From Xanthobacteraceae bacterium (GTDB taxonomy: Bacteria; Pseudomonadota; Alphaproteobacteria; Rhizobiales; Xanthobacteraceae), in contig JAMLIK010000001.1 of assembly GCA_023954195.1 (NCBI GenBank), forward strand, positions 1,226,628 to 1,290,627: a stretch of DNA of 64,000 bases, read 5' to 3'. Below the pieces are notes generated by a model that was not told the origin of the DNA, made no database searches, and worked only from the letters and a program-made list of their open reading frames with translations. This document shows positions 48,966-58,466 of this stretch, piece by piece. The position numbers and the translations under genes are program-made. Numbering within the stretch: the first letter of the stretch is position 1; every line of letters begins with the position of its first letter.

Positions 48966-50095
48966 ACCTTGCCTATCGCGATATAAGGCACAATCTCGGC
49001 CGCTTCCTGCTCACCTGTCTCGGGCTTGGGCTGTTGCTCGGCGTCGTGCTGGCGATGATCGGCATCTATCGCGGTCTGGTGGTCGATGCCCTGACCATCG
49101 CGCGCGCGCCGGCGGTCGATCTATGGGTGGTCGAGGCCAACACGCGCGGCCCGTTCGCAGAAGCCTCGCGGATTCCCGGCGACACCCGCGAAGCCATCGC
49201 GCGCATCGCCGATGTCACCGCCGCCGGCAGCCTCACCTATCAAACGGTCGAGACCGAGCACCAGGGTGGCAAACTGCGGTTGTATGTCATCGGCCATGAA
49301 TTGACGCGGCCCGGCGGCCCGCCGGAGATTATCGAGGGCCGGGAGATCGCCCGCAGCCACTACGAAATGGTCGCGGATCGCTCAAGCGGACTGACGCTCG
49401 GCAAACGCATCCGGCTCGGCCGCAACACCTTCACGGTCGTCGGCCTGACCCGGCATCAGGTTAATTCCGGCAGCGATCCCGCCGTCTACATCACATTGGC
49501 CGACGCGCAGAAGCTGCAATTCGATCTGGCGCCGGCGGCGGCGCGGGTGCAGCGCGCGCGCGGCGCCAGTGGCGCCAACCTCGACACCGTCAATGCCGTC
49601 GTCGCCCGGCTGCATCCGAACGCCTCGCGCGACGCCACCGCCACGACGATCCGGCGCTGGAAACATCTGGCGGCCCTCACCCAAGACGAGCAGGAGGTGA
49701 TCCTCTCGCGCTCGCTGGTCGATCGCGCGCGGCGACAGATCGGGCTGTTCACCTCGCTACTGCTGATCGTGTCGGCCGTCATCATCGCGCTAATCATCTA
49801 TACGATGACCATGGAGAAGCTGAAGCCGATCGCGACACTGAAGCTGATCGGCGCGCCCGACCGCACCATCGTCGGCATGATCGTGCAGCAGGCGCTGGCG
49901 CTCGGGCTGATCGGCTTCGCCATCGGCGCCGCGCTGATCGTCGGCGTCAAGGAGCATTTCCCGCGCCGTGTGGTGCTGGAGCCGGACAATGTCGCGGCGC
50001 TCGGCGTGGTGGTGATCGCGGTGTGCCTGCTCGCCAGCGCCCTCGGCGTTCGCGCCGCGCTCAAAATCGACCCGGCGACGGCGCTCGGGGGATGA
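48962..50095 (+). CDS. FtsX/DevC/MacB-type ABC exporter permease
   Basis: 377 aa from ATG at 48962 (ATGA overlap). TM1, a large periplasmic domain, then three C-terminal TMS with the FtsX motif (LKLIGAPDRTIVGMIVQQALALGLIG). Confidence 0.85.
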   Translation: MNLAYRDIRHNLGRFLLTCLGLGLLLGVVLAMIGIYRGLVVDALTIARAPAVDLWVVEANTRGPFAEASRIPGDTREAIARIADVTAAGSLTYQTVETEHQGGKLRLYVIGHELTRPGGPPEIIEGREIARSHYEMVADRSSGLTLGKRIRLGRNTFTVVGLTRHQVNSGSDPAVYITLADAQKLQFDLAPAAARVQRARGASGANLDTVNAVVARLHPNASRDATATTIRRWKHLAALTQDEQEVILSRSLVDRARRQIGLFTSLLLIVSAVIIALIIYTMTMEKLKPIATLKLIGAPDRTIVGMIVQQALALGLIGFAIGAALIVGVKEHFPRRVVLEPDNVAALGVVVIAVCLLASALGVRAALKIDPATALGG

Positions 50096-50096
50096 C

Positions 50097-50807
50097 ATGA
50101 TTCCTCAAGAGGCGGCGCGGCGACGATCGGAGCGACCGCTGGTGCGGGTCGAGGGTGTCTCCAAGCATTTCGGCGAAGGCGAAACGCGCGTGGATGCCTT
50201 GCGGGATGTCTCGCTTGACGTGTTTCCCGGCGAGGTCGTGGCGCTGCTCGGCCCGTCCGGTTCCGGCAAGACCACGCTGCTCAACGTCATCGGCTGCATT
50301 CTCGATCCCTCGGCAGGGACCATGGAACTCGATGGCGAGCGGGTGCTGCACGACGGACAGTGGCAACGCGGCGACCTGCGACGCCTGCGGCTCGACAAGA
50401 TCGGCTTCATCTTTCAGGCGCACAACCTGCTGCCGTTCCTCGATGCCATCGACAACGTGACGGTCATCCAGCAACTGGCGGGCACCGACGCGGGGACCGC
50501 GCGCAAGCGGGCGAGCCAACTGCTCGATGACCTCGAAGTCGGTCACCGCAAGCACGCGATGCCGGCGAAGCTCTCCGGCGGCGAAGCGCAACGCGTCGCC
50601 ATCGCCCGCGCGCTGGCCAACAGCCCGCGAATCATTCTCGCCGACGAGCCGACCGCCGCGCTCGATTCCAAACGCGCCGGCATCGTCATGGATTTGCTGC
50701 GTAAGCTCGCCATCGCCCGCGACGCCGCCGTCATCACCGTCACGCACGACGAAAAGATTTTCGACCGTTTCGATCGGATTTTTGAGTTGCGCGACGGGCG
50801 GCTGTAG
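50097..50807 (+). CDS. ABC transporter ATP-binding protein (MacB/LolD-like)
   Basis: 236 aa. Walker A GPSGSGKTT, signature LSGGEAQRV, Walker B IILADEPT. Starts 1 nt after the permease stop. Confidence 0.9.
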   Translation: MIPQEAARRRSERPLVRVEGVSKHFGEGETRVDALRDVSLDVFPGEVVALLGPSGSGKTTLLNVIGCILDPSAGTMELDGERVLHDGQWQRGDLRRLRLDKIGFIFQAHNLLPFLDAIDNVTVIQQLAGTDAGTARKRASQLLDDLEVGHRKHAMPAKLSGGEAQRVAIARALANSPRIILADEPTAALDSKRAGIVMDLLRKLAIARDAAVITVTHDEKIFDRFDRIFELRDGRL

Positions 50808-50859
50808 CGGCGTCCTGCAAAGCGAAACGCCTCGCGCCCCGGACGCGGTGGAGATGCGG

Positions 50860-51498
50860 CTACGCCTTGCGATAGCGTATCAGCGAGAAGTGTCCCATCG
50901 GCGGCATCGGCCGCCGCTCGACCAGGCTAACGCCGCCGTGCCGCGCCGCCCAATCGACCAGCCGCGCCCAGGGAAATTCCGGACGCCAGCCCAACCGTCG
51001 CGCCAACGGCGAAAACGCCAGCTCGAAGGTCCGGCGCGGGCCGCTCTCGGCGCCGATGTGATTGACCAGAATAAGCTCACCGCCGGGCTTCAGCACCCGG
51101 ACGAAATCATCGAGCGTCGCCTCCGGATCGGGCACCGCGGTGATGACGTATTGGGCCACCACCGCATCGAACGAGGCATCGGCGAACGCCAGATTCTTGG
51201 CGTCCATCACCGCCAGCGTCTCGACATTGTCGAGCTTGAGGGCCTTCACCCGCTCCTGCGCCTTGCGCAGCATCGGCTCGGAAATATCGACGCCGCACAG
51301 CCGCGTGGTTCGCGCGTAGTCGGACAATGACAGCCCGGTGCCGACACCGACATCGAGGATCCGTCCCCCGATCCGGTCGGCCTCGGCAATTGTGGACTGG
51401 CGTCCTTGATCGAACACCTTGCCGAACACCAGATCGTAAACCGGCGCCCAACGCCCATACGCCTTGGCGACGCCGGCGCGGTCGATATCGTTAGTCAT
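50860..51498 (-). CDS. pmtA: Class I SAM-dependent methyltransferase, phosphatidylethanolamine N-methyltransferase (Rhodobacter/Bradyrhizobium PmtA)-like
   Basis: 212 aa. SAM motif ILDVGVGTGL. Overall resemblance (from memory) to the Rhodobacter-type PmtA. Lies 18 nt downstream of mnmA on the same strand. Confidence 0.6.
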   Translation of the reverse strand: MTNDIDRAGVAKAYGRWAPVYDLVFGKVFDQGRQSTIAEADRIGGRILDVGVGTGLSLSDYARTTRLCGVDISEPMLRKAQERVKALKLDNVETLAVMDAKNLAFADASFDAVVAQYVITAVPDPEATLDDFVRVLKPGGELILVNHIGAESGPRRTFELAFSPLARRLGWRPEFPWARLVDWAARHGGVSLVERRPMPPMGHFSLIRYRKA

Positions 51499-51516
51499 GC
51501 TCCGCCCGTCCCGCGA

Positions 51517-52731
51517 TCAGCCGCGCGCTGCCGTGGCAGCGAATTGAACCGCGCCGTCGCGCGGCCGGTTCTCCGAAGCGCGCGCGCCCTCGTGGCGAGC
51601 GGCCGCGCTCTTGATGAAGCCGCCGCCGAGCACGCGCGCCTGGCCCGCCGGCGCATCGTAGAACACGCATGCCTGACCGGCCGACACCCCCTCCTCGCCG
51701 GCGACCAGTTCGACCTCGCATTCGCCGTCGACTGAGCGCAGCCACGCGGCCTGCGGGGCGCGCGTCGAACGCACCCGCACGAAAATCTCGCGTCCCTGAC
51801 CCGCGGCGGCCTGATCGAGCGTGCCATCGCCGATCCAGTTGACGTCGCGCAGACGAATGCGGTGCATGCGCAGCGCCTCGCGCGGCCCCACCACGACACG
51901 GGCATTGGCGACGTCGAGCCGCACCACATAAAGCGGCGCGCTGGCGGCGATGCCAAGGCCGCGCCGCTGCCCGACGGTGAAATGCGCGATGCCGTGATGA
52001 CGGCCGAGAACGCGCCCGGACAGATCGACGATATCGCCGGGCATCATCGCTCCCGGCTGCAACCGTTGGACCACGTCGGTGTAGCGTCCGCTCGGCACGA
52101 AACAGATGTCCTGGCTGTCGTGCTTGTCCGCCACCGTCAATCCGAAGCGCCGCGCCAGTTCGCGCACCTGCGGCTTGGTCATGTCCCCGAGCGGGAAGCG
52201 CAGATAGTTGAGTTGCTCACGCGTGGTCGCGAACAGGAAATAACTTTGATCGCGGTCGGCGTCGGCGGCGCAAACCAGCCCGCGCGAACCATCCGCCAGC
52301 CGCCGCGACGCGACGTAGTGCCCGGTCGCCAGCACCGCCGCGCCCAGTTCGCGCGCCGTCGCCAGCAGATCGCGGAATTTCACCGAACGATTGCACTCGA
52401 TGCACGGGACCGGCGTTTCACCCAGCGCGTAGCTCTCGGCGAAACTGTTGATGACCGATTCCCGGAAGCGGCTTTCGTAGTCCAGAACGTAATGAGGGAT
52501 CCCGAGCCGCTCCGCGACATCGCGGGCGTCGTGAATGTCCTGCCCGGCGCAGCACGCGCCCTTGCGATGGATGGCGGCGCCATGATCGTACAGTTGCAGG
52601 GTGATGCCGACGACATCGTAGCCTTCGGACTTCAGCAGCGCCGCAGTCGCCGACGAGTCGACGCCGCCGGACATCGCCACGACAACACGGGTGTCCTGCG
52701 GACGGCCCTCGATATCCAGACTGTTCAGCAT
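51517..52731 (-). CDS. mnmA: tRNA 2-thiouridine(34) synthase
   Basis: ATG at 52731; the track start at 52812 is an extension. PP-loop [12 protein letters not shown]. Catalytic Cys context [11 protein letters not shown]. Confidence 0.9.
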   Translation of the reverse strand: MLNSLDIEGRPQDTRVVVAMSGGVDSSATAALLKSEGYDVVGITLQLYDHGAAIHRKGACCAGQDIHDARDVAERLGIPHYVLDYESRFRESVINSFAESYALGETPVPCIECNRSVKFRDLLATARELGAAVLATGHYVASRRLADGSRGLVCAADADRDQSYFLFATTREQLNYLRFPLGDMTKPQVRELARRFGLTVADKHDSQDICFVPSGRYTDVVQRLQPGAMMPGDIVDLSGRVLGRHHGIAHFTVGQRRGLGIAASAPLYVVRLDVANARVVVGPREALRMHRIRLRDVNWIGDGTLDQAAAGQGREIFVRVRSTRAPQAAWLRSVDGECEVELVAGEEGVSAGQACVFYDAPAGQARVLGGGFIKSAAARHEGARASENRPRDGAVQFAATAARG

Positions 52732-52879
52732 CGGCCAAGCTTGCTCGCGATCGCGCGACGTGCGGCGATCGTCAGGTTCTAAGTCGGTCGGCGGACGCAC
52801 CTCGCCTCGCACCGATCAAAGGAGATGGTCATTCATAACGTCGGCACCCGGATGAGGCAATCGTCGCCGCCCGATCCGC

Positions 52880-52916
52880 CGGCAAATGTTGCCGCCGGGC
52901 AGAAATCAACGCCCGG
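52880..52916. promoter_or_regulatory. Two adjacent inverted repeats resembling FlbD-type (ftr) enhancer sites
   Basis: CGGCAAatgTTGCCG (52880-52894) and CCGGGCagaaatcaacGCCCGG (52895-52916). They lie 60-100 bp upstream of the sigma-54 promoter, and flbD is encoded 6.5 kb downstream. Confidence 0.5.
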
Positions 52917-52977
52917 AAACTGCGGGCCGTACCGCCATATATCCCTGATATAGAACGATTTTCAGATTTTCAAGAAT

Positions 52978-52993
52978 TGGCCTGTTCCTTGCT
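52978..52993 (+). promoter_or_regulatory. Sigma-54 (-24/-12) promoter for fliK-flgD
   Basis: TGGCctgttccTTGCt has GG (52979-80) and GC (52991-92) at the exact consensus spacing of TGGCAC-N5-TTGC. An AT-rich stretch lies upstream. The fliK GTG is about 35 nt downstream. Confidence 0.7.
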
Positions 52994-53027
52994 GAGCGAG
53001 GTCCGGTTTCAAGAACCGAGGTTTTCC

Positions 53028-54437
53028 GTGGTCAGCGTCGCCCCCGAGTCCCGCGCGAACTCTTCCAGCCGGACCGAGCCATCATGGCCGTCGGCGTCGG
53101 ACGCGCGGGCGGAGCCGAACGGCTTCGCGGCGCTGGTCGACGCCAAGACTCACCCCAAGGCTCGGGCTCGCGCCGCCGAATCCGGCCACTCCGCGGCGGC
53201 GGATCGGCAAGATTCGACGCAAGCGCCGCGGCGCGCATCCTCTCCGACGCCAGACTCGCGCGAATCCGTCGCCGACGCCAACGCCGAGCCGTCCAACCAG
53301 ACCCGGCGGAGCGAAAGAGCCGCGAGCGACGACCGTTTCAGCCGCGAGGCCGACGTCCCGTCGAAACGCGCCACGGCGGCCCAAGACCCCGACAACGCCG
53401 GCACCGACCGCCCGGAGCGGACTTCGGCAACCGACACGGCGACGGATTCTGCCACCCCCACGCCGCCGGGTATCGCGGTGCCGGCGATCGTCGAGGCGGT
53501 GGCGGGCGCGGTCAACGCAGTGGACGCGACCAACTTCACCATCGCCAAGACCATCGCGACGACGCCGGTGCCGGTCTCCGAATTGTCCGTGAACGCGGAA
53601 GCTCCTCCAGCATCCGCGTCCCAACTGGCATCGGTCCTTGGGGCGACGGCGATAAAAGGAGCCAAGGCAAGCGATACACCGCCGGCGACGCCAGCCGACC
53701 CGGCGGCGTCCGACGGTGCTCTCCGGCCACACGCGGCGTCCGACGCGGCCAAGGTCCAGCCGCATCCGGCGGGCACCGCCGGCGCTGACGCAACACCTCA
53801 ATCTCCGCCACCGGACGGTGACCGCGCAAACGGCGATTCCGCGCGGCCGCCAGCAGGCGGACAACACCCCGCAGCCACGGCGTCGCAGGCGCAATCCATG
53901 TCGCCGGACGCCATGTCGTCGCTGGGCGCCCCCCTGGCGACGCAGCAAACGCCGACCGTCGCGACCGTTCCGGCGGCGCAACCGCAATCAGCGGCGACGG
54001 CCGCGACCAATCTCGCCATCCCGGTCGGCGGCCTCGCCGTCGAGATCGCCGCCAGCGCGCGCGCCGGCAACAGCCGGTTCGAAATCCGGCTCGATCCGGC
54101 GGAGCTGGGCCGCATCGACGTCCGGCTCGACGTCGACCGCCATGGGCAGATCACCTCGCATCTGACGGTGGAGAAGCCGGAAACGCTGGCGATGCTGCGG
54201 CAGGACGCGCCGCAGCTTCAGCGGGCGCTGGAGGATGCCGGCCTGAAGACCGGCCAGGACAGCCTGCAATTCAGTCTCCGCGACCAGTCTTCCGGCAACC
54301 AGAATCACGGTGACGCCGAACGACGACCGCACCGGCTCGTCATCGGCGATGCCGGCGTCACGTCCATCGCCGCCACCGCGAATACGACTTACATCCACGC
54401 CGCCGGCGCGAGCCGCAGCCTCGACATCAGGGTTTAG
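53028..54437 (+). CDS. fliK: Flagellar hook-length control protein
   Basis: GTG at 53028 with GAGG 6 nt upstream. The track start TTG 52977 lies inside the promoter. Pro/Ala/Ser-rich body and FliK C-terminal domain (FEIRLDPAELGRIDVRLDVDRHGQITSHLTVEKPETLAMLRQDAPQLQRALEDAGL). Confidence 0.8.
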   Translation: MVSVAPESRANSSSRTEPSWPSASDARAEPNGFAALVDAKTHPKARARAAESGHSAAADRQDSTQAPRRASSPTPDSRESVADANAEPSNQTRRSERAASDDRFSREADVPSKRATAAQDPDNAGTDRPERTSATDTATDSATPTPPGIAVPAIVEAVAGAVNAVDATNFTIAKTIATTPVPVSELSVNAEAPPASASQLASVLGATAIKGAKASDTPPATPADPAASDGALRPHAASDAAKVQPHPAGTAGADATPQSPPPDGDRANGDSARPPAGGQHPAATASQAQSMSPDAMSSLGAPLATQQTPTVATVPAAQPQSAATAATNLAIPVGGLAVEIAASARAGNSRFEIRLDPAELGRIDVRLDVDRHGQITSHLTVEKPETLAMLRQDAPQLQRALEDAGLKTGQDSLQFSLRDQSSGNQNHGDAERRPHRLVIGDAGVTSIAATANTTYIHAAGASRSLDIRV

Positions 54438-54446
54438 GAGATCGCC

Positions 54447-55142
54447 ATGGCGGTGGACGCAACGCTTCCGACCACGATTGTCTCGGCGCCCGCCCAGACG
54501 ACATCGTCGAGCAACACCTCGACCTCAAGCACGACATCGGGGATCGCCGACAATTTCCAGACCTTCCTGACGCTGCTGACGACGCAGTTGCAGAACCAAA
54601 ACCCGCTCGATCCGCTCGACACCAACCAGTTCACCCAGCAGCTGGTGCAGTTCGCCGGCGTCGAGCAGCAGCTCAAGACCAACGATCAACTCTCATCATT
54701 GGTCACCCTGCAAAAGACCGCGCAATCGACCCAGGCGCTGAACTTCGTCGGCGCGACCGCCGTGGTCGATGGCTCCACCGCCACCCTCGCGGACGGCTCG
54801 GCGACCTGGGCGCTGGGCGCTTCAAAACCTTCCACGGTCACCGTCACGATCAGCAACGCCACCGGGCAGGCGGTCTACACCGGCAGCTTTCCGATCAATG
54901 CCGGCGATCACCAGACCTTCGAGTGGGACGGGCGCGGCAATGACGGCGTCCAGTGGCCCGACGGCAGCTACACCCTGACCGCGACTGCCAAGGACGCATC
55001 GGGTCAGGCCGTCGCCATCTCGACCGAGATCCAGGGCGTGGTGCAGGCCGCCGACCTCACCCAGGACCCGCCGACGCTGTCGATCGGCGACCAGAGCTTC
55101 ACCATCGACAAGGTCAAGAAGGTGGTCGGCCGCAGCTCATGA
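54447..55142 (+). CDS. flgD: Flagellar hook capping/assembly protein
   Basis: 231 aa with AGGAG RBS. FlgD N-terminal motif FQTFLTLLTTQLQNQNPLDPLDTNQFTQQLVQFAGVEQ. Confidence 0.9.
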   Translation: MAVDATLPTTIVSAPAQTTSSSNTSTSSTTSGIADNFQTFLTLLTTQLQNQNPLDPLDTNQFTQQLVQFAGVEQQLKTNDQLSSLVTLQKTAQSTQALNFVGATAVVDGSTATLADGSATWALGASKPSTVTVTISNATGQAVYTGSFPINAGDHQTFEWDGRGNDGVQWPDGSYTLTATAKDASGQAVAISTEIQGVVQAADLTQDPPTLSIGDQSFTIDKVKKVVGRSS

Positions 55143-55153
55143 GCGGCCCACAC

Positions 55154-55177
55154 CCGGCTGGCTTCCACCGGCTTTTT
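55154..55177 (+). terminator. Probable intrinsic terminator after flgD
   Basis: CCGG(c)TGG / CCACCGG forms a 7-bp stem with one bulge, followed by CTTTTT. Confidence 0.5.
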
Positions 55178-55228
55178 GTGTCCGTTTCAAGGTCTGGTTC
55201 CAGATCCAATCGAATAGCAGAGGTATGC

Positions 55229-55244
55229 TTAGGCAAATTTTAAG
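55229..55244 (+). promoter_or_regulatory. CtrA-box-like element upstream of sciP
   Basis: TTAGgcaaattTTAAG matches TTAA-N7-TTAAC with two mismatches (first half-site TTAG for TTAA, final base G for C). It overlaps the 10-mer GGCAAATTTT also found in the fliF promoter. Confidence 0.45.
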
Positions 55245-55299
55245 CCGACCCGGCTACCTTGCGATGGTGAGTTCAGTGGTTAGTGTTTGTGAGTATGCC

Positions 55300-55575
55300 A
55301 TGACCGAACCCCATCGCCCGAGGGTGAAATACGTCATCGGGCCGGACGGCAGTCCGTTAACGATCGCGGATCTTCCCGCGCCCGGAACCAAGCGGTGGGT
55401 GATCCGCCGCAAGGCCGAAGTCGTTGCCGCAGTGCGCGGCGGACTGTTGTCCCTCGAAGAAGCCTGTAGTCGCTACACGCTGACCGTGGACGAATTCCTG
55501 TCCTGGCAGTTTTCCATCGACCAACACGGTCTTGCCGGCTTGCGCACGACCCGCATCCAGCAATATCGACAATAA
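55300..55575 (+). CDS. sciP: DUF1153 / SciP-family small transcriptional regulator (CtrA antagonist in Caulobacter)
   Basis: 91 aa from ATG at 55300. YVIGPDGSPLTIADLPAPGTKRWVIRRKAEVVAAVRGGLLSLEEACSRYTLTVDEFLSWQ is the DUF1153 pattern. Located between flagellar operons. Confidence 0.75.
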   Translation: MTEPHRPRVKYVIGPDGSPLTIADLPAPGTKRWVIRRKAEVVAAVRGGLLSLEEACSRYTLTVDEFLSWQFSIDQHGLAGLRTTRIQQYRQ

Positions 55576-55597
55576 GCCTCCGGACATCGAGAATTGC

Positions 55598-55640
55598 CTG
55601 AAAATCGGCCCCCGACCGGGAGCCGATTTTCAGTCGTTTC
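55598..55640 (+). terminator. Rho-independent terminator after sciP
   Basis: Perfect 12-bp arms CTGAAAATCGGC / GCCGATTTTCAG, followed by tcgTTTc. Confidence 0.7.
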
Positions 55641-55658
55641 CCGATTGGGTCATCAGCG

Positions 55659-55676
55659 TTAACCGCCGTTAACCAT
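55659..55676 (+). promoter_or_regulatory. CtrA-type binding site in the fliF promoter
   Basis: TTAACcgccgTTAACCAT contains the exact 8-mer half-site TTAACCAT plus a second TTAAC 10 bp upstream. The full consensus has an 11-bp period. Confidence 0.55.
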
Positions 55677-55691
55677 ATGGAAACCATCCCA

Positions 55692-55708
55692 TGGGCAAAT
55701 TTTGCCCA
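55692..55708. promoter_or_regulatory. 17-bp perfect palindrome TGGGCAAAtTTTGCCCA (FlbD/ftr-like) between the CtrA site and the fliF start
   Basis: Read directly. Core GGCAAATtTTGCC matches GGCAAATgTTGCC upstream of fliK. Its position mirrors the Caulobacter ftr4 site through which FlbD represses fliF. Confidence 0.5.
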
Positions 55709-55743
55709 GTCGGCGTTCCGTGCCGAATCTCAGGGGTTGGTTC

Positions 55744-57375
55744 GTGCAAGGCTTGTCCGCATTCCTCAAGGGCTTGGGCGCATCCCGACTGGCCGCAATG
55801 GCCGCGGTGACGCTGGCGCTGATCGGGTTCTTCGCGATCGTCATCATGCGCGTCACAACGCCGCAGATGACGACGCTGTTCACCGACCTCAGCGTCGAGG
55901 ACTCCTCCAGCATCATCAAGGAGCTTGAGCGGCAGGCGATCCCCTACGAAATGCGCAACGACGGCGCCGTCCTGATGGTGCCGAAGGACAAGGTAACCCG
56001 ACTGCGCATGAAGCTGGCCGAAGGCGGCCTGCCCAAGGGCGGCGGCGTCGGCTACGAAATCTTCGACAAGTCCGACACCCTCGGCTCCACCAGCTTCGTC
56101 CAGAACATCAATCATCTGCGGGCGCTGGAAGGCGAACTGGCGCGGACCATTCGCGCCATCGACCGCATTCAGGCGGCGCGCGTCCATCTGGTGCTGCCGG
56201 AGCGCCCGCTGTTTTCGCGGGAAGCGCCGGAGCCGTCGGCCTCCATCGTGTTGCGGGTGCGCGGCGCGCTGGAAGCGCAGCAGGTCCGCGCCATCCGGCA
56301 TCTGGTCGCCTCGGCCGTCAACGGCCTGAAGCCGCAGCGCGTCTCCATCGTCGACGAAGCCGGCCAATTGCTGGCCGACGGCGCCACCGCCGACGGCGCC
56401 GTCACCGGCGCCACCGGCGACGAGCGCCGGGTGAATTTCGAAAAGCGGCTGCGCGGCGAGATCGAATCGATCGTCTCCTCGGTGGTGGGCTCCGGCCGCG
56501 CCCGCGTGCAACTGTCGGCGGACTTCGACTACAACCGGGTGACGCAGACCTCCGACACCTTCGATCCGGAAGGCCGGGTGCTGCGCTCCAGCCAGACCCG
56601 CGAGGAATCCTCCCTCACCGCCGACAACCGCGACGGCCAGGTGACGGTGAACAACGAACTGCCCGGCAATCAACGCCAGGACGCGACCTCTCCCGCCCGC
56701 GACCAGAGCCGGAAAAGCGAGGAAACCAATAACTACGAAATCTCCCGCACCACCAAGACCGAGGTGACCGAGGCCGGGCGGGTCAAGCGCATCTCCGTCG
56801 CGGTGCTGGTCGACGGCGCCTACGTCAAGAACGACAAGGGCCAGATGGTCTATCAGGCCCGCGACAAGGAGCAGCTCGACCGTATCGCCGCGCTGGTGCG
56901 CTCGGCCATTGGTTTCGACCAGAAGCGCGGCGACCAGGTGGAAGTCGTCAACCTCAAATTCGCCGAAGCGCCGACGGCTCAGCCGATCGGCGATCCGGCC
57001 GGCGTAATGGGGCTGCTGTCGTTCACCAAGGACGACCTCATGAACCTGATCGAGATGGTGGTGGTGCTGCTGCTCGGCCTCGTGGTGGTGTTCATGGTGG
57101 TGCGCCCGCTGGTCAAACGCATTCTCAGCCCCGATCCGGCCGCCGTTCCCGCCATTCCGCCGCCGGCCCCGGCCCCGACGGTGGCCGATGCCGCGCAACC
57201 GCCCGCGACCCAGAACCTGCTGCCCGGCAACGCCGCGTCGTCGCCGGTCGCCGACGTCGCTCAGGTGCAGGGCCAGGTTCACGTCCAGTCGGTGCATCGC
57301 GTGGGCGAACTGGCCGACCGCAATCCGTCCGAAACCGTCTCCATCATCCGTCAATGGCTCTCGGAGCCCGCTTGA
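55744..57375 (+). CDS. fliF: Flagellar MS-ring protein
   Basis: GTG at 55744 after AGGGG; the alternative TTG 55702 lies inside the palindrome. FliF pattern ([26 protein letters not shown]...[11 protein letters not shown]...) and C-terminal FliG-binding tail. Confidence 0.9.
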   Translation: MQGLSAFLKGLGASRLAAMAAVTLALIGFFAIVIMRVTTPQMTTLFTDLSVEDSSSIIKELERQAIPYEMRNDGAVLMVPKDKVTRLRMKLAEGGLPKGGGVGYEIFDKSDTLGSTSFVQNINHLRALEGELARTIRAIDRIQAARVHLVLPERPLFSREAPEPSASIVLRVRGALEAQQVRAIRHLVASAVNGLKPQRVSIVDEAGQLLADGATADGAVTGATGDERRVNFEKRLRGEIESIVSSVVGSGRARVQLSADFDYNRVTQTSDTFDPEGRVLRSSQTREESSLTADNRDGQVTVNNELPGNQRQDATSPARDQSRKSEETNNYEISRTTKTEVTEAGRVKRISVAVLVDGAYVKNDKGQMVYQARDKEQLDRIAALVRSAIGFDQKRGDQVEVVNLKFAEAPTAQPIGDPAGVMGLLSFTKDDLMNLIEMVVVLLLGLVVVFMVVRPLVKRILSPDPAAVPAIPPPAPAPTVADAAQPPATQNLLPGNAASSPVADVAQVQGQVHVQSVHRVGELADRNPSETVSIIRQWLSEPA

Positions 57376-57377
57376 TC

Positions 57378-58466
57378 ATGGCCGTTCCGCAAACCGTCGC
57401 CCAATCCAACAACGACATCGCCAGCGTCGTCGCCTCTCTCGCCGCGCGACAGAACAACCGCGCCAAGAGCAAGCCGATGTCGGGGCCACAGCGCGCGGCC
57501 GTGCTGATGCTGGCGCTGGGCGAGCAATATGGCGGCAAGGTGTGGTCGCTGCTGGCGGACGACGAGGTGCGCGAACTCTCGGCCGTGATGTCGTCGCTCG
57601 GCACCATCGAGGCCGACGTGGTCGAGGATCTGATGCTCGAATTCGTCTCGCGGATGTCGGCGTCCGGCGCATTGATGGGTAATCTGGAAGCCACCGAACG
57701 CCTGCTGCAACAATATCTGCCGGCGGACCGCGTCAACGGCATTATGGAGGACATTCGCGGCCCGGCGGGGCGCAACATGTGGGAGAAGCTCTCCAACGTG
57801 CAGGAGGACGTTCTCGCCAACTACCTGAAGAACGAATATCCGCAGACCATCGCGGTGGTGCTGTCGAAGCTCAGGCCCGATCATGCCGCGCGCGTGCTGG
57901 CGATTCTTCCGGAAACCATCGCGCTCGACGTCATCGGCCGGATGCTCAAGATGGAAACCGTGCAGAAGGACGTGATCGAGCGCGTCGAACAAACGCTGCG
58001 CCACGAACTGATGTCGAACCTGTCGCAGACCCGCCGCCGCGACGCCCACGAGGTGATGGCCGAGATCTTCAACAACTTCGACCGCCAGACCGAAACCCGC
58101 TTCATCGCCTCGCTGGAAGAAGAAAACCGCGAGTCCGCCGAACGGATCAAGGCGCTGATGTTCACTTTCGACGATCTGGTGAAACTCGATTCCGCGTCGG
58201 CGCAGACCCTGATGCGTCACGTCGACAAGGACAAGCTCGGGATCGCGCTGAAAAGCGCCAACGAGGACGTTCGCGGCTTCTTCCTCGGCAACATGTCGTC
58301 GCGCGCCGGCAAGATGCTGCTGGACGACATGGCCGCGCTCGGTCCGGTGCGCTTGCGCGACGTCGACGAGGCACAGGCGCTGATGGTCAACCTCGCGAAG
58401 GATCTCGCCGCCAGGGGGGAAATCACACTGACCAAGAACCGCGCCGACGACGAGCTGGTGTACTGA
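57378..58466 (+). CDS. fliG: Flagellar motor switch protein
   Basis: ATG at 57378, 2 nt after the fliF stop. FliG motifs ([14 protein letters not shown]; [21 protein letters not shown]; MFTFDDL). Confidence 0.9.
   Translation: MAVPQTVAQSNNDIASVVASLAARQNNRAKSKPMSGPQRAAVLMLALGEQYGGKVWSLLADDEVRELSAVMSSLGTIEADVVEDLMLEFVSRMSASGALMGNLEATERLLQQYLPADRVNGIMEDIRGPAGRNMWEKLSNVQEDVLANYLKNEYPQTIAVVLSKLRPDHAARVLAILPETIALDVIGRMLKMETVQKDVIERVEQTLRHELMSNLSQTRRRDAHEVMAEIFNNFDRQTETRFIASLEEENRESAERIKALMFTFDDLVKLDSASAQTLMRHVDKDKLGIALKSANEDVRGFFLGNMSSRAGKMLLDDMAALGPVRLRDVDEAQALMVNLAKDLAARGEITLTKNRADDELVY

Noticed and set aside
55691-55706. Sigma-54 promoter candidate TGGGCAAATTTTGC in front of fliF.
   Set aside because: The GG-to-GC spacing is one or two nucleotides shorter than the required 12. 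The sequence is better explained as a 17-bp perfect palindrome. By the Caulobacter precedent, fliF is expected to be class II (CtrA) rather than sigma-54 dependent.
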